DNA of 64,000 bases from a virus: the IMG/VR virus record IMGVR_UViG_3300035670_000028, positions 83,187 through 147,186 of that record, one strand, 5' to 3'. Position 1 is the stretch's first letter, and each line of letters opens with the position of its first letter. The notes beneath the pieces were generated by a model. The model saw only the letters and a list, made by a program, of their open reading frames with translations, had not been told where the DNA came from and ran no database searches. Shown here piece by piece: positions 1-9,754 of this stretch. Both the position numbers and the translations under genes were made by a program.

Positions 1-17
1 GGGCACAGCTTCGTGCC

Positions 18-689
18 ATGATCCTCGAGGTTCTCACTGAGGGTGAGGACGAGGGCGGTGATGAAGGCGGCGATGATCTCTTTGGTGACGCCGAGGGCGG
101 CGAAGACGAAGAGGGCGGAGATGAGGGCGGTGAGGAAGCGGGCGGCGAAGAGAGTGGAGATAAAGAGGGAGGAGATGAGGGTGGCGGCGAGGAAGGGGGT
201 GACGAGGAAGAAGCTGCCGACGACAGCGAAAAGGACGAGGAAAAGGAGCCTGAGCCCACAGGCCCGGTTGGAGACGAGGTCGATATCGCCCTGAAGGACG
301 TTATGGCTGACTTTGAGAAGCGCGCCCTGGACGCTGCAAAGGCGAAGGGAGAGCTCAAGCCTGTCGATGCGGTCAAGAAGGAGGGACGTGTGTCCCTTGC
401 ACGTCTACTGTTCGAGGAGGAGGAGACACCGCTCATGGACATGGGCACGTTCGCTGCAGATGTTGCTAGGCTCATCAGCAACTACGACTCCCTCATCGAC
501 ATGGAGGCAGTGATCTACACAAAGGCGAAGGATTTCCTGGAGAAGAAGTACGGCAAGGAGTACTCCGACCAGCTGGAGGATATACTCGCTCGTGAGTACA
601 ACATAGAATTCGACCACGAGTATGACCCAGAGAAAGCAGAGCAGCCGATCTTCGCAGTCGGCGCCACAGCGGCGGCCGCAGGCGCCTGA
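18..689 (+). CDS. Acidic G/E/D-rich hypothetical protein, possibly scaffold/prohead-associated; may begin upstream of the window
   Basis: 223-aa ORF with low-complexity acidic N-half and LARLLFEE motif. Confidence 0.7.
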   Translation: MILEVLTEGEDEGGDEGGDDLFGDAEGGEDEEGGDEGGEEAGGEESGDKEGGDEGGGEEGGDEEEAADDSEKDEEKEPEPTGPVGDEVDIALKDVMADFEKRALDAAKAKGELKPVDAVKKEGRVSLARLLFEEEETPLMDMGTFAADVARLISNYDSLIDMEAVIYTKAKDFLEKKYGKEYSDQLEDILAREYNIEFDHEYDPEKAEQPIFAVGATAAAAGA

Positions 690-1011
690 TCTCAATCGTC
701 GCCTGATCGACTATCAGACTCGTAAGTCGATCCATATCACTCTCACAAAGTCCACGCACGCAGATCTCAGGACCCTGCTCTTCAAGCGCGGCCTGTCCAT
801 GCAGGAGGTATTCAATCGGCTTGCGTCTCTCATCTGTGAGCAGAACCCACACCTTTCAAGGCTCCTCGACGGCATTGAGCTCGAGAAGAAGGAGCGGCAA
901 ATCAAGCAGGTTACACGCACAGACGCCGAGTCTATATTTGAGCTTATAGAGACAGCAAATCCCTTTGAGACTGAAGAGGACATAGAAGAGGAAGATGAGC
1001 ACATCGATTAA
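622..1011 (+). CDS. Hypothetical protein, possible ribbon-helix-helix-like; start uncertain
   Basis: KSIHITL strand followed by two amphipathic helices; no clean start codon after 689. Confidence 0.55.
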   Translation: MTQRKQSSRSSQSAPQRRPQAPDLNRRLIDYQTRKSIHITLTKSTHADLRTLLFKRGLSMQEVFNRLASLICEQNPHLSRLLDGIELEKKERQIKQVTRTDAESIFELIETANPFETEEDIEEEDEHID

Positions 1012-1366
1012 GAAAATAGTACTGGACATCATTGCGGGAGCAATTCAGCCTGTCTCAGGCTCGTCGCTGAGAATCGATGAGATGCAGAAGAAGATAGAGG
1101 ACCTCAGCGAGGAGAACACTAAGCTCAAGCGTCTCTATCTGAAGACCACTGTTGACATGAACAGCATGCAGGAGATTGTGAAGGTCATGGCAATGAATCA
1201 GGCACAGCTGGCGTCTGATCTCCACACGATATACACAGCTGTCAGGGACGCGGGCATCATCGAGGAGCTTGATGAGGAGGCACCCATGGAGACTGCTTCT
1301 GAGGCAACCTCAATGTGGGTCACGAGGTCAGGATCATTGGGCGGCACTGGCGGAATGCTAAACTGA
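995..1366 (+). CDS. Hypothetical coiled-coil protein
   Basis: ORF with GAGG SD, heptad pattern. Confidence 0.7.
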   Translation: MSTSIKKIVLDIIAGAIQPVSGSSLRIDEMQKKIEDLSEENTKLKRLYLKTTVDMNSMQEIVKVMAMNQAQLASDLHTIYTAVRDAGIIEELDEEAPMETASEATSMWVTRSGSLGGTGGMLN

Positions 1367-1391
1367 TCGCATACCTAATCTTGAGGTGCTC

Positions 1392-1796
1392 ATGACAGAG
1401 ATCAATCTGACAGGCCTCACGACTGCTACTAAGGGCACGTGGGCCTGGGTAAAAGAAAACTGGCTCACCCTGGTTCTTGCTGTTGCGCTCATTGGCTGTG
1501 CCTACGTAATGCTTTCTCAGAAGTCGGCAATGAATGCTGTGCTCGAGCAGTACAGGGCACAAATAACTGAGTCGCACAACGACATCACGCAGTTAGAGAG
1601 TGTCGTTGAGAGTGAGAGAACAGCCAGAGAGACAATGCAGCGTGAGTTCAATGAGAGGATCAATGAGATCGACGAGCGCTACACGAAGGCGATAAACGAC
1701 ATACGCAGGGATCGTGCACGACGGATCAGAGAGCTCATGGAAAACACTCCAGAGCTCGACAATCGATTCGGCGAAAGGTTTGGGATACCTGAATGA
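1392..1796 (+). CDS. Membrane-anchored coiled-coil protein (i-spanin-like)
   Basis: N-terminal TM (WLTLVLAVALIGCAYVML) then long coiled coil; GAGG SD. Confidence 0.55.
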   Translation: MTEINLTGLTTATKGTWAWVKENWLTLVLAVALIGCAYVMLSQKSAMNAVLEQYRAQITESHNDITQLESVVESERTARETMQREFNERINEIDERYTKAINDIRRDRARRIRELMENTPELDNRFGERFGIPE

Positions 1797-2377
1797 TGTT
1801 AGCAAAAAGAATAGTGTCGCTGCTGTGTGCCTGCACGCTCCTGGTGGGCTGCAATAGAACGCCACCCGTGAGTCCAGAGGCTAACTCAACATCTGGCGGT
1901 GAGGAGTCACTCCTCGCTCCCTTGGTCGAGGAAGCGCTCACAGAGCTGCCCCTCGTTGAGGCGCCCACCGTGGAGAGAAACACGTCAACCACAGCGAGGA
2001 GGTACCGTGTCACACTCGGCATGCCTGCTCCCGCGTCAGGACTTCTGCTGAACGATGAGGCGGAGGCGTACGTGTTCGCTGAGTCAGAGGCGTTTGAGGC
2101 AAGGTGTAGAGCAGCAATAACGTCCCAACGAGATAGGGACGCTGTTCGCCTCAGCCTGGAAGTCGGTGAGCTGCGTCTCCAGATGAACTCAGATCGAGAG
2201 CGCTTTCGGATTATTCTGGACGGCAGAGATAGGGAGATACAGCGTCTCATGAGCCTAAATGAGACCCTCTCCGGCAGCGCCGACGAGTTCCCCTTGGAGG
2301 AAGTGCTGCTTGGCATTGGTGCCCTCGCCGTTGGCCTTGTGGGTGGCTTTGCTGTAGGTTTCCTCTACAATCCCTGA
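1793..2377 (+). CDS. Lipoprotein with C-terminal TM helix (spanin-like)
   Basis: Lipobox LLVG-C, coiled coil, C-terminal hydrophobic helix; ATGA overlap with upstream gene. Confidence 0.55.
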   Translation: MMLAKRIVSLLCACTLLVGCNRTPPVSPEANSTSGGEESLLAPLVEEALTELPLVEAPTVERNTSTTARRYRVTLGMPAPASGLLLNDEAEAYVFAESEAFEARCRAAITSQRDRDAVRLSLEVGELRLQMNSDRERFRIILDGRDREIQRLMSLNETLSGSADEFPLEEVLLGIGALAVGLVGGFAVGFLYNP

Positions 2378-2435
2378 TCCTCCTGTAAATCATACGCATA
2401 TTTAGTAGAGTCCACAGAACGGACTGGAGATCACC

Positions 2436-3785
2436 GTGAAACTGAAGCACAGCACGCTCGAGAAGGCGATACGCGCCGCACTCTTTGAGGACATCACATA
2501 CCACATGCCTGACGTGGCCTACGGCATTCACGATAGGCCTGGCCCTAAAGAGGACACAGATCCTGACTTTAAGCCAACTGTTCCACCCCAGGTTCCACTT
2601 AAACCCACTGAGATGATGTCGACCCAGCTAGCGGACGAGAAGCCGCCTGTTGAGGATGAGAACTACGCGCCCACCTCCGTGTCAGATCTCAGGCAGGCAG
2701 CCTCTGCTCTCGCTTCAATGGTTCCACCTGATAAGGTTGAGCAGTTCTACAGGCAGATGCACAAGATGCTGGATGACGCGAAGACAGCAGACGCGGACGG
2801 AAAGACAGTTCGCTCCAAGCAGGTCCAGTCCGAGATTGAGGGTGAGGATGAGGAGGAAGGCATGATTTTGCGCAAGGAATCAAGGAAGAGGAACCGTAAG
2901 GTTGACATGCGGCGTGTTGCCGAGTCTATCCGAAAGCTCGCCAAGGTGATCAAGGAGGGACGCTGGGGCGACGAGCCGCTGGGCGCAGGTGATGAGAGAT
3001 CGAGGCTCCGGAGCCCATACGATCCCGAATACGCCAAGAGCAGGTACTACGATGAGCCTGAGTACCAGGACTTCAGCGACGTCGAGGAGGAGACAGCTCA
3101 GGAGGAGGTCGTTGAGGACGCTGATGAGTCGATCCTGAAGCAGCTCGCCCTTGAGTACGGCTTCGGCAAGGACGCCAACTCCATGAGGCAGGCGCTCCAC
3201 AGGCTGTTCAAGCTGATGAACTACATGATCACAAAGATCGGCGCGAAGAACATCGACATCATGATGGGAACTGTTGTGCCAGAGTTCGTGAACACTGCAG
3301 TTGAGGCAGGTATATTTGAGCCCGAGGACGCGACTGATCTAATGACCAATCCTGTTCACGTCAAGAAACTCGACTCGTTCAGGTTCTACTTCAATGAGCT
3401 CTATCGGCCCGTCTACCAGAAGCTTCGAGCTGGTGCTGAGAAGTCTGCACGTGATAAGATCGCGTCCCTCGGCATTCCAAAGGCCATTCAGGACACTGTT
3501 TTCAATCAGGCCACTGGTGGCGCTGAGAGGAAGATGTCGACCATCGTCAAGCGCCTCGAGAAGGCGGGGGTCTCAGCAGCTGATAAGCAGAAGGCGCTTG
3601 AGACAGTGCGTCAAAACTTCACAGCAATTCAGAAGGAGCTGAGCAACATTCCTGCAACCCTCTTGGACAGCGTGCACGATGAGGTCGACCGAATGGGAGA
3701 CAAGAAGAAGCAAGAGATGATTCTCAAGGCATTTGGTCTCACCAAGGAGTGGCAGGAGGAAGAAGCAGCACGTGCCAAGAGGTAA
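2436..3785 (+). CDS. Hypothetical tagged protein (putative virion-associated)
   Basis: 449-aa ORF, N-terminal LEKAIRAALFE motif, ATATTTA at 2398. Confidence 0.75.
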   Translation: MKLKHSTLEKAIRAALFEDITYHMPDVAYGIHDRPGPKEDTDPDFKPTVPPQVPLKPTEMMSTQLADEKPPVEDENYAPTSVSDLRQAASALASMVPPDKVEQFYRQMHKMLDDAKTADADGKTVRSKQVQSEIEGEDEEEGMILRKESRKRNRKVDMRRVAESIRKLAKVIKEGRWGDEPLGAGDERSRLRSPYDPEYAKSRYYDEPEYQDFSDVEEETAQEEVVEDADESILKQLALEYGFGKDANSMRQALHRLFKLMNYMITKIGAKNIDIMMGTVVPEFVNTAVEAGIFEPEDATDLMTNPVHVKKLDSFRFYFNELYRPVYQKLRAGAEKSARDKIASLGIPKAIQDTVFNQATGGAERKMSTIVKRLEKAGVSAADKQKALETVRQNFTAIQKELSNIPATLLDSVHDEVDRMGDKKKQEMILKAFGLTKEWQEEEAARAKR

Positions 3786-3787
3786 CA

Positions 3788-4207
3788 ATGCGTCGATTGC
3801 TCAAAGAGATGATGGAGAACTACCTGGACGATCTCGAGAGCCACACGCCTCAGATTCCTGAAGTTCCAATGCTCAGTAGGATGCCTGGCTCTCAGCAGCT
3901 CCCTGTCAAGCCACGCGCGACGACTTGGGTGGTCGACAAGAGCAAGAATTGCCTGCAGCGAACATTTGAGTTCGACTCTCACACTCGCATGTGCGACTTC
4001 GTTAGGGAGCTGCTCGACTATGAGATGTCGACGCAGCACTACGGCAGGATCCTGTGCGAGTTTCCAAGCGTGTCGATTGAGGTCCGGACCCACGATCTGG
4101 ACGCAGTGACAGAGCTCGACAAGGAGTACGCTAGACACTGCGACATGATTTTTGACGATGTGATTCACTTCCGACAGAATGAGAACTTTATAGATGACGT
4201 CTACTAA
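3788..4207 (+). CDS. Pterin-4-alpha-carbinolamine dehydratase-like (PhhB/PCD fold)
   Basis: LQRTFEF...F...QHY...V.V.THD..VTELD..A..D pattern; HH dyad altered to HY. Confidence 0.7.
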   Translation: MRRLLKEMMENYLDDLESHTPQIPEVPMLSRMPGSQQLPVKPRATTWVVDKSKNCLQRTFEFDSHTRMCDFVRELLDYEMSTQHYGRILCEFPSVSIEVRTHDLDAVTELDKEYARHCDMIFDDVIHFRQNENFIDDVY

Positions 4208-4643
4208 AAAACAGAAGATCGATGACGAGTGGTCAAGAGTGTCGCAGAATCCTGACAACATGATTGTGAGCGATGTCATTAAGGAGAGCATAGACAAGCT
4301 GCTCAGTGTCAAGGACACAGCGGTTTCATCAGTGCCACCAGTTGTCTCACTCTCTGGAGAGGGTATTGAGCTTAGCATGGAGATGAGCAGGATTGACATG
4401 GCACCCAATGGGTGGTCTGTGTCCTGCATTGCTGGGATGAGTGACGGATACTCTCTGATTGGCACAGATAGGAAGAAGTGGAAGAGGATAGCAGTCTGCG
4501 CTGAGCCAGGAGCAGCTCCTCTCTGGCAGGCAGACATAAGGGCTGATGTGATTCGCGTGGAGGTTGAATTCCCCGCAGCCACAGGTCTCAGCATTGTGAA
4601 TCTGTCTTGCTCCAACGAGCGTGAACAAACACGCGTACTGTGA
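4194..4643 (+). CDS. Hypothetical protein
   Basis: ORF in operon context. Confidence 0.6.
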   Translation: MTSTKKQKIDDEWSRVSQNPDNMIVSDVIKESIDKLLSVKDTAVSSVPPVVSLSGEGIELSMEMSRIDMAPNGWSVSCIAGMSDGYSLIGTDRKKWKRIAVCAEPGAAPLWQADIRADVIRVEVEFPAATGLSIVNLSCSNEREQTRVL

Positions 4644-4666
4644 ATATTTAAGGGCTGGAGACCAAG

Positions 4667-4882
4667 ATGTCACACCCAGAAGATGATTATCAGGACGACC
4701 TAAATGAGTCAGAGATGGCTCGAACCTTTCAGTTCGACAAGTTTGTCGAGGACCTCGAGCGTCGAGAGAGGCTCCGCCGAGAGATGTATGAGAACGTTCC
4801 GACAGACCACAACCAGCTGAACAGGCAGCGTGACGCTCAGAATCGAGAGCAGCTTCACAACAGAATTCGGTGGTCTCGATGA
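4667..4882 (+). CDS. Hypothetical protein
   Basis: GGAG SD, ATATTTA at 4644. Confidence 0.7.
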   Translation: MSHPEDDYQDDLNESEMARTFQFDKFVEDLERRERLRREMYENVPTDHNQLNRQRDAQNREQLHNRIRWSR

Positions 4883-5646
4883 GCACCAAGGACATTAAGT
4901 CCCTCGACATCCTTGTTAAGACTCTCGCCTCTCGAGTGATCAAGGAGACCCTATCACCGCTCCAGGGCAAGGAGACCGAGGAGGACCGCCAGCACGTGAT
5001 GGCCAAGGAGCTCCAGTCAATCCGCAAGGCGCCCAGGTCTAAGTCATCAAAGGACGAGGACCTCGAGGAGGCTGAGGACGAGGAGAAGAAGGAAGAGCCC
5101 TCAGATGATGAGGGTGAAGCTGAGTCTGCCCCTGAGGAGAAAAAGTCCTCTGAGTTCGTCTCCAAGAAGATTGCCACGGGCAAGGAGGAGCCAAAGAAGC
5201 CGAAGGCCGTGATTCCTGACCCCACAGAGATCAAGGACGTCACGTTCAATCAGGTCGTCAATATGATGAACATGATGCGATCAGGCAAGTCTGCGAAGGA
5301 TCCTGACACCAAGAAGAAGCTTGACTCCTACTTCAAGAACCTGAATCCCGGAGAGAAGCAGGCGCTCTTCGTGCTGTTAAGCGGTCTGACCCAGATTCTT
5401 GCAGGTGGTGTCGAGGGAGATGAGGCGCCTGATCCTGGCAAGGTTGGAATCAAGATACGGCCCAAGCCCTCTGACAAGGACCGACCTGCAAAGACGCCTG
5501 AGAAGGTCATGAAGACGCCCGGGTCACCTGCCTCCGTCACAAAGCCGACTCCTGCTGCCGATGAGAATCTTCCCATCATCGTGGGTGAGGCTGCTGATCG
5601 GTCAAATGTGCTGAACAGGGTTAGAAAACTTATGGTGAGGTCATGA
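4879..5646 (+). CDS. Hypothetical charged protein (putative virion-associated)
   Basis: ATGA overlap; LVKTLASRVIKE motif. Confidence 0.75.
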   Translation: MSTKDIKSLDILVKTLASRVIKETLSPLQGKETEEDRQHVMAKELQSIRKAPRSKSSKDEDLEEAEDEEKKEEPSDDEGEAESAPEEKKSSEFVSKKIATGKEEPKKPKAVIPDPTEIKDVTFNQVVNMMNMMRSGKSAKDPDTKKKLDSYFKNLNPGEKQALFVLLSGLTQILAGGVEGDEAPDPGKVGIKIRPKPSDKDRPAKTPEKVMKTPGSPASVTKPTPAADENLPIIVGEAADRSNVLNRVRKLMVRS

Positions 5647-5966
5647 AGATCACTAAGAAGCAGCTTAGGATGCTCATAGAGCAGGCGGTCGTTGAGAGTG
5701 TGACCGGCGAGAGAATGCACCGGTGCTTCCACGGTAATTTAGTCCCATGGGGCACGCAGGAGTGTGTTGACGATATCTCAGCGCGCATGGACGACGCGCG
5801 GGCAGTTCGAGACGAGTGCGACAACCGCACTGACAAGCGTGATTACTACAACGGCGTGCTCAAGGTGCTCCGGCGCGAGCTCCGTGACGCTCAGAAGGTG
5901 CTAGGTCTCAACGTCGAGTCCGATCAGCCCGAGGACGACAACATCCTGCTGGACGACGAGGTCTGA
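5643..5966 (+). CDS. Hypothetical tagged protein
   Basis: MKITKKQLRMLIEQAVVE N-terminus. Confidence 0.75.
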   Translation: MKITKKQLRMLIEQAVVESVTGERMHRCFHGNLVPWGTQECVDDISARMDDARAVRDECDNRTDKRDYYNGVLKVLRRELRDAQKVLGLNVESDQPEDDNILLDDEV

Positions 5967-5967
5967 C

Positions 5968-7251
5968 ATGGGCGGCGTAGCAGGACACCTCTCGCACCTC
6001 CATGAGTCAATGGACCTCACGTTCGGTGAGATCAAGAGCATCCTTCAGGATGTTGCCACGGCGAACATCAGCGCGCTCGAGAAGGTGGACGGACAGAACA
6101 TCTTCTTTGGCTGGGACGCGAAGACAGGCCAGGTCCGCACTGCTAGAAACTCCGGAGACATCGCGAAGGGCGGCATGACCCCCAAGGAGTACGCGGACAA
6201 GTGGAAGGGTCACCCAGCTGAGTCTGCGTTCATGAGCGGTTTCTCAGCGATTGAGCAGGCCATCAAGAGCATGAGCAAGAAGGACCTGACCGCGATCTTC
6301 GGCAAGAACAATGACAGGTACGTCAACGCTGAGATCATGTACAGCGGCAATCCCAACATGATCCAGTACGATGGAAACTACATCGTGGTGCACAACCTAC
6401 AGTCATTCGCCGGCGGTGAGCAGGGAGTCGTCGACACGGGAGAGTTCGACCAGCTTGTCGCCGCAATTGAGGGCTTCGATGCGAAGGTGTCTCGGCAGAA
6501 GTGGAAGGTGCACGGACCACAGCTCGTGGCGCTTAGGGACATCAGCGAGGGAAAGCACTACGACAGCCTAGTGGCAGCCCTTGATAGGGCATCAGGTGGA
6601 ATGTCCGACAGCGCGACAATCGGCGACTTTGTGGCTGAGAAGCTTCGTGCAGGCGCTGTGGGAAAACTGAAGATGCCCGAGGAGCGCAAGGAGCGGCTCA
6701 TCGCACGCATCATCGGCCTCACGCGCGGCGATGATCCAAAGTCCCTACCTGACCTCCGTGAGCTCAAGCAGGGACTGGACAAGGCGACGCAGGTCAAGAT
6801 CTCTGAGATGGCCTCCACATCCTCTGCCCGAGGCACAGCATCGGTGGTCGTTGCGCCCATTGAGCGTGCAATCAGTGACTTCGCCATTGAGGTGCTCAGG
6901 GGAATGCAGTCGTTCTTCGTCTCCGACCACGACACCGAGGTGCAGAGGCTGCGCGCTGAGCTCGAGGACGCAGTCAAGAAGCTGCAGTCCGCGAAGGGCG
7001 CCGACGCGAAGACAATAGGCGACATGCTTGTGAGGCATCTCGAGAAGCTGGGACACGTCGAGAACGTCGCGCAGTCCATCGAGGGTGTTGTCTTCGAGTA
7101 TCCTCCTGGCAGCAAGCAGCTCTACAAGCTTACAGGATCGTTCGCCATGGTCAATCAGATCATAGGACGTGCTCGACGGATGAGTGAGGGCGACGCACCT
7201 GTAACCGAGTCACGTAGTCGCGGATACTTAGCTGCATTCCTCCTAGGATGA
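5968..7251 (+). CDS. Ligase-like covalent nucleotidyltransferase-fold protein
   Basis: EKVDGQN (motif I KxDG), EGVVF (motif IV), YKL (motif V); HLSHLHE N-terminus. Confidence 0.6.
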   Translation: MGGVAGHLSHLHESMDLTFGEIKSILQDVATANISALEKVDGQNIFFGWDAKTGQVRTARNSGDIAKGGMTPKEYADKWKGHPAESAFMSGFSAIEQAIKSMSKKDLTAIFGKNNDRYVNAEIMYSGNPNMIQYDGNYIVVHNLQSFAGGEQGVVDTGEFDQLVAAIEGFDAKVSRQKWKVHGPQLVALRDISEGKHYDSLVAALDRASGGMSDSATIGDFVAEKLRAGAVGKLKMPEERKERLIARIIGLTRGDDPKSLPDLRELKQGLDKATQVKISEMASTSSARGTASVVVAPIERAISDFAIEVLRGMQSFFVSDHDTEVQRLRAELEDAVKKLQSAKGADAKTIGDMLVRHLEKLGHVENVAQSIEGVVFEYPPGSKQLYKLTGSFAMVNQIIGRARRMSEGDAPVTESRSRGYLAAFLLG

Positions 7252-7254
7252 CTC

Positions 7255-8454
7255 ATGCCCTACACAATCAAGAAAGAGAAGTGCAAGAAGTCAGACGGAG
7301 GCAGCGGCAGTCACAGGCTTCGATACACGGATAAGAGCGGAAAGAAGCACAGCTCCTGTCACTCATCCAAGAAGAGCGCGCAGGGATCAATTGCAGCGAT
7401 AGAGATGCGTCGAGAGGAAGACGAGATGAGTGTTAGGGAGGAAGTAATGTCTGAGATCTTATTGAGAGAGTCTATTCGTGTAATTTTAAGTGAAGCAGGC
7501 AATCTGTCAGCACGAGAAATGCAGAATAGAGCAAAGCGTTGGGATATCTTTCTACAAAAGATGAAAGAGAAGTCTCCGTTTTTTGATCTTGAAGACAATC
7601 AGTTTGTAATACCTGTCGCAGGAAATAAAGCACTTGTTTCAGCTCTCAAAACACAGGATCCTGATGCATACAATGCTGCATTTCAAAGTGGAATTACAAC
7701 GATTCCTCCTGGATCGATTTCGACTCCTTCTAATCTTAAGAAAACACCAGAGTTTGGAGGGCTGGCATCGGGTGCTAGACTAGCAAAAGAGCAAGGACAA
7801 ATCGATCAAATACAGGCAGCACTTGACTTAGTTTCTCCTGTCAATGTGTTTGTTGGAAACAAGAAGGCAAAAAATGTTGTTGCAGTTCAAAAAGTAGAAG
7901 GTACTCCAAAAGCAGATGCAGTTTTAGTCGATGAAGCAGGTAAAAAGGTTGCAGCTATATCTCTAAAAGATGCAGATACTCCTACACAGATGCAGCAGTG
8001 GGGAGGAATCGATAACTACGCTGATCATCCTGAAGTTATTGATTTCGTAAATGATCTTAAGGCAGTGCATGCAAATTCGCCCACAGGCAGAATTGAAACT
8101 GCATATTTTCGAAAGCTGAATGATCCTGAATTAGCTAGAAAAATATGTTATGGAAATGGCACAAGCTTTGAAAACAATTGTGACATGATTATTGCGTCCC
8201 AGGCACCAATTCAGATTAGTAGTTCAGGAAAAATAACAGCAACGAATATATTCTATGCGCCAGAAATACCGTCTGGTGAATGGGCACCTACTTTTTGGGC
8301 AACTTGGCGCACTGGCCGTGGTAAAAATCTGGGTCTAACAGATATTCGAGTTGGAGTTTATCCTCTTGCCTGGGGAAGCACAAGAGCAAACGAGCCGCTC
8401 CCATCATCTAAAAAATCTGCACGTACGACTAGATCAAGTAAAACCTCTAGATAA
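7255..8454 (+). CDS. Tagged PD-(D/E)xK-like nuclease fusion
   Basis: GTPKADAVL...ISLK motif; LLRESIRVILSE tag; AT-rich C-terminal DNA. Confidence 0.6.
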   Translation: MPYTIKKEKCKKSDGGSGSHRLRYTDKSGKKHSSCHSSKKSAQGSIAAIEMRREEDEMSVREEVMSEILLRESIRVILSEAGNLSAREMQNRAKRWDIFLQKMKEKSPFFDLEDNQFVIPVAGNKALVSALKTQDPDAYNAAFQSGITTIPPGSISTPSNLKKTPEFGGLASGARLAKEQGQIDQIQAALDLVSPVNVFVGNKKAKNVVAVQKVEGTPKADAVLVDEAGKKVAAISLKDADTPTQMQQWGGIDNYADHPEVIDFVNDLKAVHANSPTGRIETAYFRKLNDPELARKICYGNGTSFENNCDMIIASQAPIQISSSGKITATNIFYAPEIPSGEWAPTFWATWRTGRGKNLGLTDIRVGVYPLAWGSTRANEPLPSSKKSARTTRSSKTSR

Positions 8455-8473
8455 ACACAGCGAGTAGCTACAA

Positions 8474-8743
8474 ATGAAAAATTCATTAAGAACATCGATA
8501 AGAACAATTCTCAAGGAAGAGATCACCTCTGCCGACAAGAAGGAGATCGAGAAGATCGCCCGAAAGCAGGCAGAACTTACTCTCAGCCGCGAGCTTGGCC
8601 CGGACGTCATGAAGACCATTCGCGCTGAGGTCGAGAAGGTGACTGAGAAGACGCTCGGCGGCAAGGAGTCCCAGGCTCAGATCGAGGAGCTCGTGGTGGC
8701 AGTTGTCAAGCGCCTCTACAAGGACATCACGGTCGGCAGGTGA
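8474..8743 (+). CDS. Hypothetical tagged protein
   Basis: LRTSIRTILKEE N-terminus. Confidence 0.7.
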   Translation: MKNSLRTSIRTILKEEITSADKKEIEKIARKQAELTLSRELGPDVMKTIRAEVEKVTEKTLGGKESQAQIEELVVAVVKRLYKDITVGR

Positions 8744-8826
8744 CCAAGGAAGACCTCAAGTGGCCGCTAGGCCTCGTGCTCATGCTGTATATGCTGGGCT
8801 TCGCCCTGTACAGCAAGTTGTGCTGA
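8740..8826 (+). CDS. 28-aa membrane micropeptide (not in ORF track)
   Basis: GTGA overlap; MTKEDLKWPLGLVLMLYMLGFALYSKLC. Confidence 0.45.
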   Translation: MTKEDLKWPLGLVLMLYMLGFALYSKLC

Positions 8827-8912
8827 TGCCAGAGGTCCTATAGGACATCCGATTGCCGACCATGGTTATACCCATTCGTCGGATTCGAATCAATCTGTGA
8901 TCATTCTGGGGG

Positions 8913-9743
8913 TTACAGAATCGATCTGATGAGGGCTCGAAGCAGGGCCTCCGACTGCACCTTTGCTCCGCGCCGCTCGAGTGGGCAGCCGGCTGCGATC
9001 GATTGTGAGAGGATCGTGCCGATCTCCCGCTTGGCAGCGTCGGACATTGGTGGGAGAAGAGCTGAGAATCCCTTGATGTCGCCCTTGCACAGCATGTCTC
9101 TCATCTTGGTGCCGCTGATCTCCACGGTTGCAGTCCTGGGTATACCAACTCCTTGGATGCAGGGTGCCTCGCAGTCAGCTCCCACGCCAGCCCACAGGTC
9201 ACCGAACTGCGCCCTCATCGCCTCGTCCGGATAGTTGCCCACGATGTCCACACTGTCGGAGTAGATGCTGATCACAGTCTCGTCGACCCGTGCCGTCACA
9301 TTGAGGTAGGGCACTCTAAATGACTCACTTCCTGCGTCATATGCAGCCTTGAATGCCTCACACACCTCGAACACGTTCCTCACCGGTGCTGGGCCCACGC
9401 CGTCGTCTGGAGTGAGCAGCCTCACGCTGCTGGGAAGGTCGAGATTCGGTTTGAGAATGTTGGTCCAGATGTACTTCATGTCCGCCCCGAACACAGGGGT
9501 CTCACCGGGAGCGGGCACCTCAATCTTGCGGCCACCCTTTGTGAGAGGCCTCTTATCTGATGGGTCCTTGACCGACTTTGTGCCGCGACCAGAGTAGGAG
9601 ATGAACACACCCACCACGTCGTTCTCAGGAAGGGCTAGCTCCTTCGCAGCCTCTGTGACCCTTAGCCCTGCTGAGATCTGCACCAGCATGTGGTGCCCCG
9701 CGTGGTAGGGCTTCGCGCTCATAGGTACCAGACCAATTTTCAT
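8913..9743 (-). CDS. HxGH nucleotidylyl/cytidylyltransferase-like protein
   Basis: KPYHAGH and ISGTKMR motifs; C-terminal EALLRALIRSIL tag. Confidence 0.75.
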   Translation of the reverse strand: MKIGLVPMSAKPYHAGHHMLVQISAGLRVTEAAKELALPENDVVGVFISYSGRGTKSVKDPSDKRPLTKGGRKIEVPAPGETPVFGADMKYIWTNILKPNLDLPSSVRLLTPDDGVGPAPVRNVFEVCEAFKAAYDAGSESFRVPYLNVTARVDETVISIYSDSVDIVGNYPDEAMRAQFGDLWAGVGADCEAPCIQGVGIPRTATVEISGTKMRDMLCKGDIKGFSALLPPMSDAAKREIGTILSQSIAAGCPLERRGAKVQSEALLRALIRSIL

Positions 9744-9754
9744 GTGTTCTCTCC

